A stretch of 64,000 nt of DNA from Pelomyxa schiedti. Lineage: Eukaryota > Protista > Evosea. The notes beneath the pieces are model-generated. The model was given only the letters and a program-made list of their open reading frames with translations. It was not told where the DNA came from and did no database searches. The translations under genes were made by a program, and so were the position numbers. The number at the start of each line of letters is the position of its first letter. Within the stretch, counting starts at the first letter, position 1. The DNA lies in the NCBI GenBank assembly GCA_020536535.1, contig JAHLWZ010000564.1:5380-69379 (forward strand). The letters are read 5' to 3'. Shown one piece after another: positions 22,788 to 34,087 of this stretch.

Positions 22788-24690
22788 CTAACAATTACTG
22801 AAGAAGCCAAGTGGAGTAACCCAGCCACCAGATAGGAAGTCAATATTGCAGACGTTCTTCACCTCGTCATTAGCCAAGTATAGGCACAGCAAATGCGGGC
22901 AACTTCTGGCACGGGCCACATTCCCAGCCGGGAAGCATACTATTCTCAGCCATACCATGTACCTGGTATTGGTGCTAAGCTCCACTGTCTTTTTCACAAG
23001 GGCCACTTTCTGAACTGTGCCCCCTGTCACAGATAGGAAGGAATTCCCGAATTGGGTCATTCTGGTGAATATATCATCAGCTATTGGTGCGAGATCAAGT
23101 GAAACTTTGGTGACAAGAAGCGCAGCTGATACAAGTACACCTAAAAAGAAATTGGTAAGGGCAAATATTCTGATCTGAGAGAAGGTACTTGGAGATAGGA
23201 AGATATTATCGTTCAGGCAGCTACCGGTGTGCGCTTCAATCAACTTAAGTAGAGCTACATGACGCCGAGCCTTTTGAGTGCATTGGAATAATTAATGAGT
23301 GACTGTTTTTGTTTTTAAGACTACCTGTGAAGTACTCAGAGTAACGGCTTTGTTTGCGGTGTTGTTAGACTGAAATTTGGAACCGGTGGTGCTATTAGTA
23401 GGCGGGCTTGTGTCAGTGTTTGTCTGTTGCCGGTCTGAAATCTTTGTAAATAGAAGGAATGTGAATGGGCAACAAACTTTGTGGACGAGACCGCAGGTGA
23501 AGAGGCTCACTTATCAGACAGTATTTACTTGGTTCAAATGTAATTACAATGTTGATTGGGGCCCCCAAGTGCAGTCTGTGTTTGTTATGAGCAAATGTAC
23601 ACCTATAAGAACTATACCTAGAAGAAGTACAAATGGTAGTGATTAAGAAGAAGTAGTCCTCCTGCTGAGGGTTCCTACTACAGTGTGATGCAGCTGTGTG
23701 CGAATATATTTCTAATACACTCCCATCATCATGGTTACATGATGGGCACCGGGCAACTGGAGCTGTGATTAGTAAAATGAGGAGGGAACAACTTAAGTTA
23801 CGGGCATTTGATCGTTCAGTGTAAACGCATGCAGACAGCACACATATCTCCACGTCCCGGTCAGTCAGTCCCATGTTTACCCTCCAGTCCCGAGTCATTC
23901 TCACCACCATCTATGTTTATGGAAAAAGACAGTGGTGTGAAACACTAAATACCGCCAAAGAGACATACACACACAACCAACACGCACACACACACACACA
24001 CAGCGCACACACAAAACCAACACGCAACACACACACCTTGTTTTGTTTCTTGTGTAGTAGTATAGGGGACTCAAACAGCACAGCCGGTTCCCCACCAACA
24101 CCAACACCCCCTCCCCCCCCTCCTCCGCCATTTCCTCGACGTTGCAAGCGTGGTTGTCCCTGCTGCTGCTGCTGCTTGGTCCCTTGCGCCTGCTGTGTCG
24201 TGGGGCCGGGCGTGGGCGTGTAGTTGAGGGTGCTGCTGCAGCAGGGGCTGGGGCTGGGGTTGCGCGGGGGCATGCTGCACGCGTACGAGTAGAGGCACCC
24301 AACCCCAACCCCAACCCCAACTCCTCGCCCCCGACCGCCGCCGCCACCGCCACCACCGCCGCCGCCAGCAGCAGCAGCAGCAGCAGATTGGTACACGGCC
24401 TGTTGCTGCTGCTGCTGGGGCGGGGGACGGCGGGGGGCCCACCCCCCGTTGTTCTCGTTGCTCTCCCCGCCACCACCACCGCCGCCGCCGCCGTAACCTG
24501 TGTATCCTCCTCCTCCACCTCCTCTTGTAGCGGCGGCTGTTGTTGCGGTGCTGGACGTGGACGTGGGGGCCGCGGTGGGTGCTGCCACCAGGGGTCTGTC
24601 CGGGAAAAAGCAACCGGGGGCAGGGGGGGGTGGCCGGGCAAGGACCAACGACGCCGCTGTGGGGGGGTACAGTTGCTGGTGGTGCATCAT
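22788..24690 (-). CDS. hypothetical protein: Gln/Gly-rich N-terminus, Cys-containing beta-rich central domain, C-terminal globular domain
   Basis: Consecutive minus-strand ORFs (23917-24690, 23413-23910, 22788-23243) can be joined by short introns. Central motifs CPSC...CTSSR..HLG..LHLRSR. Confidence 0.55.
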
Positions 24691-24978
24691 GCGTCCTACG
24701 TGTGCGAGTGCGTGTGTGTGCCTATCTGTGTGCGTCGCAACGGGAAGGACCGGCGTTCTTTCTTGTCTAATTTTTTGAATCCAGACACAAGAAACAAAAG
24801 GAACGGTTACGAGTGATCGAGGGTGCTTTCAAAGTTCCCAGGCACGAAACGCGTTGATGATCATCGATCAACTCTTTATTTGGTGTGGCTGACCCCTCTC
24901 GACTTGTTGTTGATGGAAATGATTTGGATAAATTACACACATAGGAAAGGAGGAGTGGGAACTGCGGTACTGGGAACT

Positions 24979-26058
24979 TCAGAAGTCATCATCGCCCCAT
25001 TCCTCGTAAGAATTCCTGTCGGGCCTGGCTTGCTTTTGTTGGCCGGGGTTTGTTGCTGGTGCGTGTGGATTGTGGGATGCGGAGGAGGTGCTTCCTTTGT
25101 TATTAGATGCTGAAGGTATTACCCTGAATATGGAATCATAGTCAACTTGTTGTGATTGTTGTTGTTGTGATGACCCTGTCCTGTTACTACTGCTAGTGGT
25201 CTGCCTTTCAGTTGTTTCTTCATAGTCTCCAAGCCCAAATCCACTATCGTTGTCATCATCATAATGAGCACTGCTGGGCTTCTTTGTGGGTTTTGGAGTT
25301 ACTGAGGAGGGGGAATCATGTTGGGCCGTGCTTGTGGGTGTTGTTGTTATTATTGGTACAGCAGAATACTGTGAAACCCGGAAATCAGTTGGATGGTGGC
25401 TACCTTCTGACTTCATCCTCCGCATCAGATGTGCCAACCTGAGTCAAAGTAAATTGGAATTTTTTTGCAAAATGCGAGTATAAGATATATATATATCTCG
25501 GTAGAAAATTTACCCCCACATCCAGTAGTCCGAGCTAGTAGCACCCCGTGCCACTAACCTCCAGTTCCTTGATGGAGTTGAGAGTAGTATCCCCGTTGTC
25601 ATTTTGTCACCAAGGGACTTGCCATGACTGCCGCGCCAGTCGACAACTTGAGTTAAGTCTATAAGTCCCTGGAATATTATGAATATTATCAGTGTGAGTA
25701 TTTGTGTTGGTCGGAATTAAGCAATTATGATGATTGCCATTATTACCTTGAAATAGGCATGGTCACAGGAAGAATCAGAGTAATATTCAAGTACATAAAG
25801 GTTTTCCTTTGTATTTCGGAACCACCTGTTGAAGTTAAGTTAACTGGCTGTACAAAGAAAAGTGTATGTACACATGGCACACAAACCTCTTCCTCCAATT
25901 TGTGTATATCGCACCCTCCTTCCACAGCCACCCTCGCAACAGTAACTCCTAACAAGTATTACCTCTTAGGAAAAAAAAGCACAAAACACAGACACCCAAA
26001 AACAACTACGGCCTAAACAAACAACTTGTTTGTCTATGCGGATGTCGTTGTGGCTCAT
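24979..26058 (-). CDS. PH-domain protein with low-complexity C-terminal tail
   Basis: Exons read GLIDLTQVVDW...ILLSTPSRNWRLVA....YWMWG..L, a PH beta6-beta7-helix pattern with the conserved Trp. The S/T/Q-rich tail ends EEWGDDDF. Confidence 0.55.
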
Positions 26059-26239
26059 GTCGTTTTTGTTTTGGGAATTTCACAAAACCCGAAAACGAAA
26101 CGTTCCATCTCGTTGTGTCTGGTAAAAATAAAGATGCTAAAAAGAGGAGTAAGTACAGCCAGAAGTTGTGTCTTTATAACTTGTAAATGTGTGGATGGTT
26201 AATTTGACAAGTAAATGTATTTTAACAAAAGTTTGAATT

Positions 26240-26785
26240 TCACAGGAAAATAGCCAGGAAGACGACGAGAATGAGAATGGCAATAAGAGCACACATAGTA
26301 CCCAGCATGATGTTGTTTGATGCCTTTCTCTTCATTTGCCTAATGTCATCCGTGGCTTTCATCAATTTGCCATCTGTGTTGTCCACTTTCCTTCCAACCT
26401 GTAGCAATGTATGAGGATGAGGTATTTTGTTTTGTTTTGTTTTTATTTATTTATTTATTTATTTATTTGTTTATAGGTTTTGGGCTTACTTTGTCAATGA
26501 GCTTTACTTGGTCATCAACTTCATTGCCGATGGCAACGGCGATTTCTTTTGTTCTCACAACACTTTCACCAATAGCATCAATGACTCTGTCCTGCTCTCC
26601 CATAATATCGCGCTGTTGTTGCAGCATGGCCCTGTTATCCGTATGCGCTGCAAAAAGCCCAATGCAGAGCCAAATGTTAGCCAATAGCCCAACAACCAAA
26701 GGCACACATACACATGTCATCATAGCCGACGTTAGTGGGGCTGGCCAACGAACCGTCACCCCTCGTCATCAAGTCATCCCTATAT
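26240..26785 (-). CDS. Qc-SNARE (syntaxin 6/8-like); start uncertain
   Basis: SNARE heptad QQRDIMGEQDRVIDAIGESVVRTKEIAVAIGNEVDDQVKLIDKV..VDNTDGKL with a zero-layer Q, followed by a C-terminal TM segment (MCALIAILILVVFLAIFL). Confidence 0.85.
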
Positions 26786-27232
26786 ATTTTGTATTTTTGG
26801 TGAAAAAAAAAGCCCCCAACGGAATTCTTATTACTATGAACAATATACCCTCACACATAGGCTATAATAACCGCGTTACGCTTCCCAAGAGAGTATGGGA
26901 AAAAACGCAAAACACGAACTGAATAAACATCGTAAACAACGACGGTGACGTTACCGCTGGGATCTTGGCTGACCACTAGATCCGTAGGCTGGTCTGCTGT
27001 TCATGTCAACGGTCTTATCTTATAAACACCCCTTGTAACCTTCTTCTTTTCCCTTTTGTGTTTTTTTTTTCTCCTTCCATCACTTGGTGATCATTCCCCA
27101 AATGAACGTGGAATCCCACAATGCATTGCTTCAACCCCCCTTCACCCCTCCGCTAAATACTCATCGTGCTGCCTAGTCTGTGGCGTGTGGCCTCTGGTTT
27201 GAGTTCATAAAAACTTGTTGTTTGAATCTGGA

Positions 27233-28384
27233 ATGCGACGAGGTGTTGGTGTGTCGCGTACTTTGCACGCGCAGGCATCCAATGTATGAGGTGCTTTGTA
27301 ATTGTGGGTGCAAGGTTGTCGTCTTTGTTTTGATGACAATTGAGCTGTTGTATATAGGCACAATTTAAGAATAAAGGAAATGAGTTTGCTGAGGATCAAA
27401 TGAAGTTGGTATGTTTTACTCCTTGTTCTTGTTGTGGTTGCGTCCCACTCTCTTACAGATGAATGAACAACTTGTTGTTTTTAAGCAAAACCTTGAGGAA
27501 TTTGCTCAAAAGTACAAAGTCATACTCCCTCTCTTGTTGTATCTTCTTGTTTCCAAACAGTGCAACAGAAAAAAATAAGGAAGAGCCCTGAATTCCGCCA
27601 GCAATTCAATGAAATGTGCACAAAGGTGGGTGTCGATCCACTCGCATGTATGCTTGCAATAACTTTAGCAAAACTAATTCTATATTCACAAAACAGCAAA
27701 CAAGGGATTCTGGGCCGAATTGCTTGGTGTGGGCGATTTTTACTATGAGCTTGCAGTGCAAATTGTTGAGGTTATTCATTTTTACTCCAAGTGTTTGTTT
27801 CCTATGACTCCTAAGGTTTGCATGTGTACAAGAGCCACAAATGGCGGAATTATCGAACTTGGGGAATTAAGAGGCCATCTACTACGGAAGCGAGGCCCGA
27901 AAGCACAGGCCATCAACAAGTACCTCATGTTCGGCTGAATATCTCCCCTCACATTCCGTCCAGTGACGATATCGATCGGTCGATCCGGAAGCTGCACATT
28001 TTAGGAAGTGGGTTCAGCCTTATCGTGGCCGGTTCCACCAAACTTGTCAAGTCAGTTCCTTGTGAGTTGAGTGTAGACCATGAAGCAGTATTCCGCATTG
28101 CCATGGTAATGCTCGTGATTAACTTCATTTGCCTAAATTCTACAAGGAAAAAGGATTTGTGTCACAAGACTTGTTATTCACGCAACTGGCGTGGGACAAA
28201 GAGCGGACAGACTCCGTGATGGTGTGCTTACTGTTGCTTCCACCGTTCACTAATGAGACACTCTCAGAACTTGCTATTGCAGGAGGGAATTGCATGGCTT
28301 GACACACAACATGAGTCCGGGCAACCTGCCTATTGGTTCCCTAGCATAATACATGGTGGGTTTGGTGACGAGATAGGAGAGTAA
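27233..28384 (+). CDS. SNF8: ESCRT-II subunit VPS22/SNF8 (EAP30)
   Basis: MRRGVGV...[85 protein letters not shown]..YWFPS. Confidence 0.95.
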
Positions 28385-28418
28385 TATCGTCGAAATAAAT
28401 TGTTGTTTTTTTTTCCCC

Positions 28419-31363
28419 CTATAATCTGGAACTTGGGAAATTGAAGTATAGAACATTGGGCCCATCCCTTTGAATCATGGCTTTGGCCAGCTCCCTACAG
28501 GGCATTAGTGCCCTAATGTTTTGATTCTTATGCTCTATGTATTTATTTATTTATTTTGAGGTGGTTGAATCAATTAACTAGCAAGAGACAACATAACATA
28601 CGCGTTCTGTATCCCAAGGGAGGTGAGCTGTTGAATGAGGTATTCTTCCCATTCTGGTGTGGTACTCCACACGTTTCCGGAGCGTGAGAACGGGGGCTGG
28701 CCTGGTTGAACTGGTGACATGAATGCGGAAGGTGCCTGGTACGGGAATGTGAAGGGTGCCGGCTGTGCCTGTGGGGTGTTGTATATTACCGGGGATGGAG
28801 AGTTCGCCGATGGGGAGAACATGGGCGAGGGAGGGAAGGCGAAGGGCTGCTGTTGCGGCTGCTGCCTGACAACTATGTTGTGTGGTGCTTGGGGCACGAG
28901 GGTGGGTGGGGGAGGTGCGCTGGGAGGAGTGGAGAACGGGTATGTTGCGGGGATTGGGGTCGTGGTGAATGGACTTGGGGAGAGGCCGGAATAGGGCTGC
29001 AGGAGCGCGGACTGTGTGGTGGAACTGGTGGGGGTTGCGGAAGCTGCTTTTGTTTTGGCTAGTAATGACGCTGATACATTGGGAACCTTTGGGACCGCTT
29101 TGGTTGCTTGGTTCGAGACTGCACAAATTCATTGTTAAGCATAATTCATCATCGGGGGGTGTTACCGGTATAGTGTGCTTCAAGTCGTGCAAAGGGAAGA
29201 TTGTTGTCATCAAGTAACTCCCATGATGTGACATGTTTTCCTTCATCACTTGGTACAGCAAGTTGTGCGCCAATATCAGCTTCCGAATCTTCAAAGTGTT
29301 AGACAACCAGTAGTTGTAGAGGAAAAGTAAGGCTTACTAGGGGCAACACAGGGGACTGCAAGCTTTGATGCAGTCAGTGAGCCAGAGATCATCCCGGATG
29401 TTACAAGGCGGCACCCTTTAGGCCATGGCAGGGTTCCGGAGTTCTTGACATGCCATATTTTTACTCTGTTTTGATTTGGGGGAACTACACTACCATCCTG
29501 TTATCAAAGTTAAGGAGCTGATGATTGTCTTTGTGGGCAACATACGGGAAGTGTGGTGTGCTTCAAAAATTCACATGAGTATGGACTTTGGGGAATTTGG
29601 CTGTTTGAGAGTGTTAAGGTATGTGAGGAAGATGCGTGGTTACCGGGGTACATCGGCAACTGTATTTTCAGGAGTCTGAGGCACTTCAGGTGTGGTGTCT
29701 GGTACACAAGGGGTAGGGAGCGGTAAAGTTGGCTTATTCTCGGCAACGCTATTTTCTTGGTCTTGTTTGTGATCAATGGGTAAATTGGTGTCAAGGGAAG
29801 TCTTGGCCTCAATTTTGCACTCATCTCCATTCTGTGATTTCGCTTGGTTTTCTGGTATGGAAGTCATTGGAACAGAGGGTTCTTTTGCATTCTGAATCCT
29901 GGTGAGATTTGGAATTCGAGGTTTTAATAACAGACCATTTCAGTTGTTTGTTGTGACAGTATAGGTGCTTGATCTTCTACTTGAGTGCCTGATTCCTGCT
30001 TCGTCGGGGTAGTCGTGTTTGGTGGGGTAATCGCTTCTGCAACTGGGGATCCTCCAGTTTGTGAAACAAATTTTTCTACTTCAGATTTCAAGAATTCCAA
30101 CAAATTTGCTTTCTCATCTGGTACTCAAACAAAAGCTTAGGATTTCTGAGAGGATTATTGTAGTTACCTGTCGTTTTGAAAAGGACTGTCATCAGGAGCT
30201 CGCACAAGAACTTCACCACATTAGACTGCTGTGCCTGGCAAAGGAAACTGTGGAGTTGACTGGGAGTTTGCCCCAGGCTGACCAGCATCTATAGGAAATT
30301 TAAGAAAAAGGTTTCGCACAAGGGAAAAAAAAACCTGACCAACCGGTGTTGGGAAGTTGGAAAGCATTTGACTGGGCGTACAATATAAGATTGAAAGAAG
30401 AGGTTCTGTGATATCTGGGTCACTGGACGTCACGCTGTAGGGTGTTTCACTCTCCACAGGTGGTTGCATGACTGGCTCCCCTGAAACTCCCTTAGGATCC
30501 ACCGTGTCACATTCAGTGCTAGTGACACTTTGGCTTTGCATTTGGCAACCGCCGCAGGTACCTTCGCTATCTACTGGAGGTTGTGGGATTTCGTATGTTG
30601 GAGCAGAAGGCTGGTTCATAAGAGGAAATTCTAGAGTAGGAGAGTCAAAATTGCAATACTGAGAGTTGCTGTCACTCTGCGGTGTTTCAATGTCAGAGGG
30701 TTTTTCAGTGTTCGCCTGTGGAGGCGGTTCAACTGGTTCTTGTGGAGCAGTAGGGTGATCAAAAGGATTTTCTGGAACTTGTGCAGGGCCCAACCACTCC
30801 GAGGAAGGTTCGTTCGTGTTGACGGGAGCCTCAAGTTGACTGGTGTTTGAAATGTACTTGCTTGCTTCCAACTTTGCCTTATCTTCAAGAAGTTAAACCG
30901 AATTTGGTCGAATGAAGGTTCACCTAAAATTTCCAGCTTCAACACCTCAGCATTGCATTGACATACAGCGGAATCAAGGTCGTCATCAGTCTGCATTGTG
31001 ACCCAATCGTTGTCACCATCTCAATTGTGTGGTTTAGTCCTTGTTATTGGAAAAGAGGGAGGGATTACCCAAGTACTTAATAACATAATCAGCAGGCATG
31101 TCCATTGCCCTGGCCAACTCCCCAACCAGGCTAGTGATCTTATTATCACCCCTGGCCAGGCTCACACTCACACTAACACCCTCCTTTAGTGCTTCAAAGT
31201 GGAACCTATGTAGCCAAATTAAAAATTTAACACCATTAGGATTTCGATTTCCAACCCGGTCAAACAAAAAACAAAGCAAAAAAATTCGCCTTAGTGATGC
31301 ATAAAAATGGGTGTTTCAACCACGTCATTGTGGGTTGTTGTGGTCCTACCTGTCATCCGCCAT
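28419..31363 (-). CDS. NBR1-like selective autophagy receptor (PB1 - long Pro/Ser/Glu region - FW domain - UBA-like); start approximate
   Basis: The spliced PB1 OPCA motif reads IKYLDGDNDWVTMQTDDDL. FW/N_BRCA1_IG motif GSVVPPNQNRVKIWHVKNSGTLPWPKGCRL at ~29400-29500. The C-terminal LIQQLTSLGIQN..KHKNQNIRAL is UBA-like. Confidence 0.7.
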
Positions 31364-33068
31364 CACCAAAAAACGATTCGATCAAAAACTGTTTCTGGGG
31401 TTGTAAAGTCCAACTTGGCCATGGGTGGTTTTCAAGTCTCATAGCACAGGTTCTGAACTCCAGTAATCCAATGTGAGTATGGATTTACCTTTCCCTCTGG
31501 ATTAGAACCTGCATTGGTGCAGGAAAGAGGCACTCTTCCCCGAAACCCATTCGGCCGTTCTGCTCAGTCTCGTCACATCAAGGCAATGGGGAGACTCATC
31601 CCATCATCGCAGCCACAGACCACAACCAACAATCCACATAACCAGCAACCCACCCCGCCAACAACAGCCACAGTGGCAACAACCACAACCTCCCACAATC
31701 ACAGACACAAGCACCACCGCAGCTACGAATCATCTTCCTCCGAGTCACCAATAACAACAACAGCAGCAGCATCCTCAGTCTCCGAGTCGGCGCTGAGGCA
31801 ACAACAGCGAATCGACCGACAGCGAGGGATGATGCAGGGGCGCCTCGGGCGTGTGCATCCCACAATGATCGCCGTGATCGTCGGCTTCCTCGATGGTAAA
31901 GGCGACTGCACGCCGTGGGGCACGAGGGCAGCCCCGTCGGTGTGGTCATCGGCCGGCTGGGGCATGAGATTCGTTGTATGTCCCATAGTTTAGATGTGTC
32001 TGTGATTGTGGGAGGTTGTGGTTGTTGCCACTGTGGCTGTTGTTGGCGGGGTGGGTTGCTGCTTGGCTTGGGTGGTTTCTGTGCCCAAGAACCTCGGAAT
32101 GGTTGGTGTTCTTTGTTTGAGGTTGTTGTTGTTTTGAGAACTTTGGCAGAAGGTGCTTCTTCATTTGCGAGAAGGNNNNNNNNNNNNNNNNNNNNNNNNN
32201 NNNNNNNNNNNNNNNNNNNNNNNNNNNNNNNNNNNNNNNNNNNNNNNNNNNNNNNNNNNNNNNNNNNNNNNNNNNCTAACACCCTCCTTTAGTGCTTCAA
32301 AGTGGAACCTATGCAACCAAATGAAACATTTAACACCATTAGGATTTCGATTTCCAACCCGGTCAAACTAAAAAACAACAATGCAAAAAATTCGCCTTTG
32401 TTATGCATAAAATGGGTGTTTCAACCACGGAATTGTGGGTTGTTGTGGTGTCCTACCTGTCATCCGCCATCACCAAAAAACGATTCGATCAAAAAGTTTT
32501 TCTGGGGTTGTAAAGTCCAACTTGGACCTGGGAGTAGTTTTCAAGACTCATAGCACCAGGTTCTTAACTTCTGTAATGCAATGTGAGTATGGATTGTCAA
32601 TTTACCTTTCTCTCTGGATTAGTACCGGGTGCCTCTTCCCCGAAACCCATTCGGCCGTTCTGCTCAGTGTCGTCACATCAAGGCAATGGGGAGACTCATC
32701 CCATCATCGCAGCCACAGACCACAACCAACAATCCACATAACCAACAACCAGCCCCGCCAACAACAGCCACCGAATCAGTGGCAACGACCACAACCTCCC
32801 ACAATCACAAACACAAACACAAGCACCACCACAGCTCCGAATCATCTTCCTCCGATTCGGCGCTGAGGCAACAGCGAATCGACCGACAGCGAGGGATGAT
32901 GCAGGGGCGCCTCGGGCGTGTGCATCCCACAATGATCGCCGTGATCGTCGGCTTCCTCGACGGTAAAGGCGACTGCACGCCGTGGGGCACGAGGGCAGCC
33001 CCGTCGGTGTGGTCATCGGCCGGCTGGGGCATGAGATTCGTTGTATGTCCCATAGTTTAGATGTGTCT
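31173..33068. repeat. ~800-bp diverged direct duplication (31173-32001 vs 32276-33068) flanking a 100-N gap, plus a ~65-bp inverted copy
   Basis: Both copies begin ctaacaccctcctttagtgcttcaaagtgg and end tagatgtgtct, with many substitutions and indels between them. ~31995-32061 is the reverse complement of ~31643-31709. Confidence 0.85.
32176..32275. other. assembly gap (100 N)
   Basis: Run of n in the sequence. Confidence 1.
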
Positions 33069-34009
33069 TCTTTGCATCTGTTATCTTCATCTCATTCTCA
33101 TTGTTCTATATCAATTACTGGGTTTTTTTTTTTTTTTTTTTCCCCTCACCACACTATCTCATTGTTATCTTTGAAGTACTGCTATGTGGTTTCTATGCTA
33201 ACTTTGGAATTTTTTGGCAGGTGGATGAATGGGGCAATGTGAGTGGCGGAAATAGGAACGAATGCGAAAAAGATGATGTCATAAAGTATTACATTGGAAC
33301 GTACATTGGCAACCACCTGGATGTTTGGAGTAACCACGACGTTCGCTACATTGCCGATTTCGCGGTACGAATCTTCCTGCTTCCTTTCTTATCTACATCA
33401 TCTCCGAACCTTCTAACAATTGGCTACTTACACAGCAAGGGCAGTTTGCGAACATCCGCCTTACACACTCCGTTGCGGGATTCGCCAATGCCCGCGGCGT
33501 AGCGAGAATACAAGAGATTCCATCCACTCGTTCGGCTAGTGCAACATCAGGCAGTGGGTTCTTGCCCCTTGATGTATTTATTGGGTTTGCATCTGGGCAC
33601 GGCTGCAGTACCGAGTGGAACTCGCAACTGTGGACCATTCCTGACTGGGGAATGAAGTTTGTTGTACGTTCCTTCTAAAACAAACACAAACGAAGCGCTT
33701 ATTTTAACTAAGGTCGACGAGACTGGAAATGTAACCGGGGGTAACTTCAATGAAAACAATAAGAAAAGAGAGCTTCAGCTTTACATGGGTACATTCACGC
33801 TAAATCCGGATTTCACCTACACGATGAATATCAAGAGCAATTTGGATGCTTCATACTCTGCCGTTCTGACTGTATGTTTCCCAACAAGAATTCTCGTCGA
33901 AGTAATTCTCCCACAGCCCGGCATCATGGGACAGGTGACAATAACACATCCCACATCCGGTACATCCTATGCTAGAGGAACCGTGATAATTAAGGAGCTC
34001 TTATACTAG
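32686..34009 (+). CDS. hypothetical protein with two internally homologous beta-rich domains
   Basis: Spliced exons give GKGDCTPW..SVWSSAGWGMRFVVDEWGNVSGGNRNE..YYIGT and GHGCSTEW..LWTIPDWGMK.VDETGNVTGGNFNE..LYMGT. The exon 1 copy at 31586-31975 has no downstream exons before the gap. Confidence 0.6.
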
Positions 34010-34087
34010 TAAATAACCCTAAAAAAACTTTTAAATAGCTTTGTTTGCCGGCATAAGAAAACAACAGGTTTTTTTTTTTCCTTTTAT

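Noticed and set aside
23901-24816. Several long overlapping ORFs on both strands (also at 14197-14960, 41544-42685 and 47513-48220)
   Set aside because: These are by-products of GC-rich low-complexity sequence with few stop codons; only one frame per locus joins a coherent gene.
31173-33068. LTR retrotransposon or composite transposon suggested by the long direct repeats
   Set aside because: The repeats contain host gene 5' ends, lack TG..CA termini and transposase/RT coding, and flank an assembly gap.
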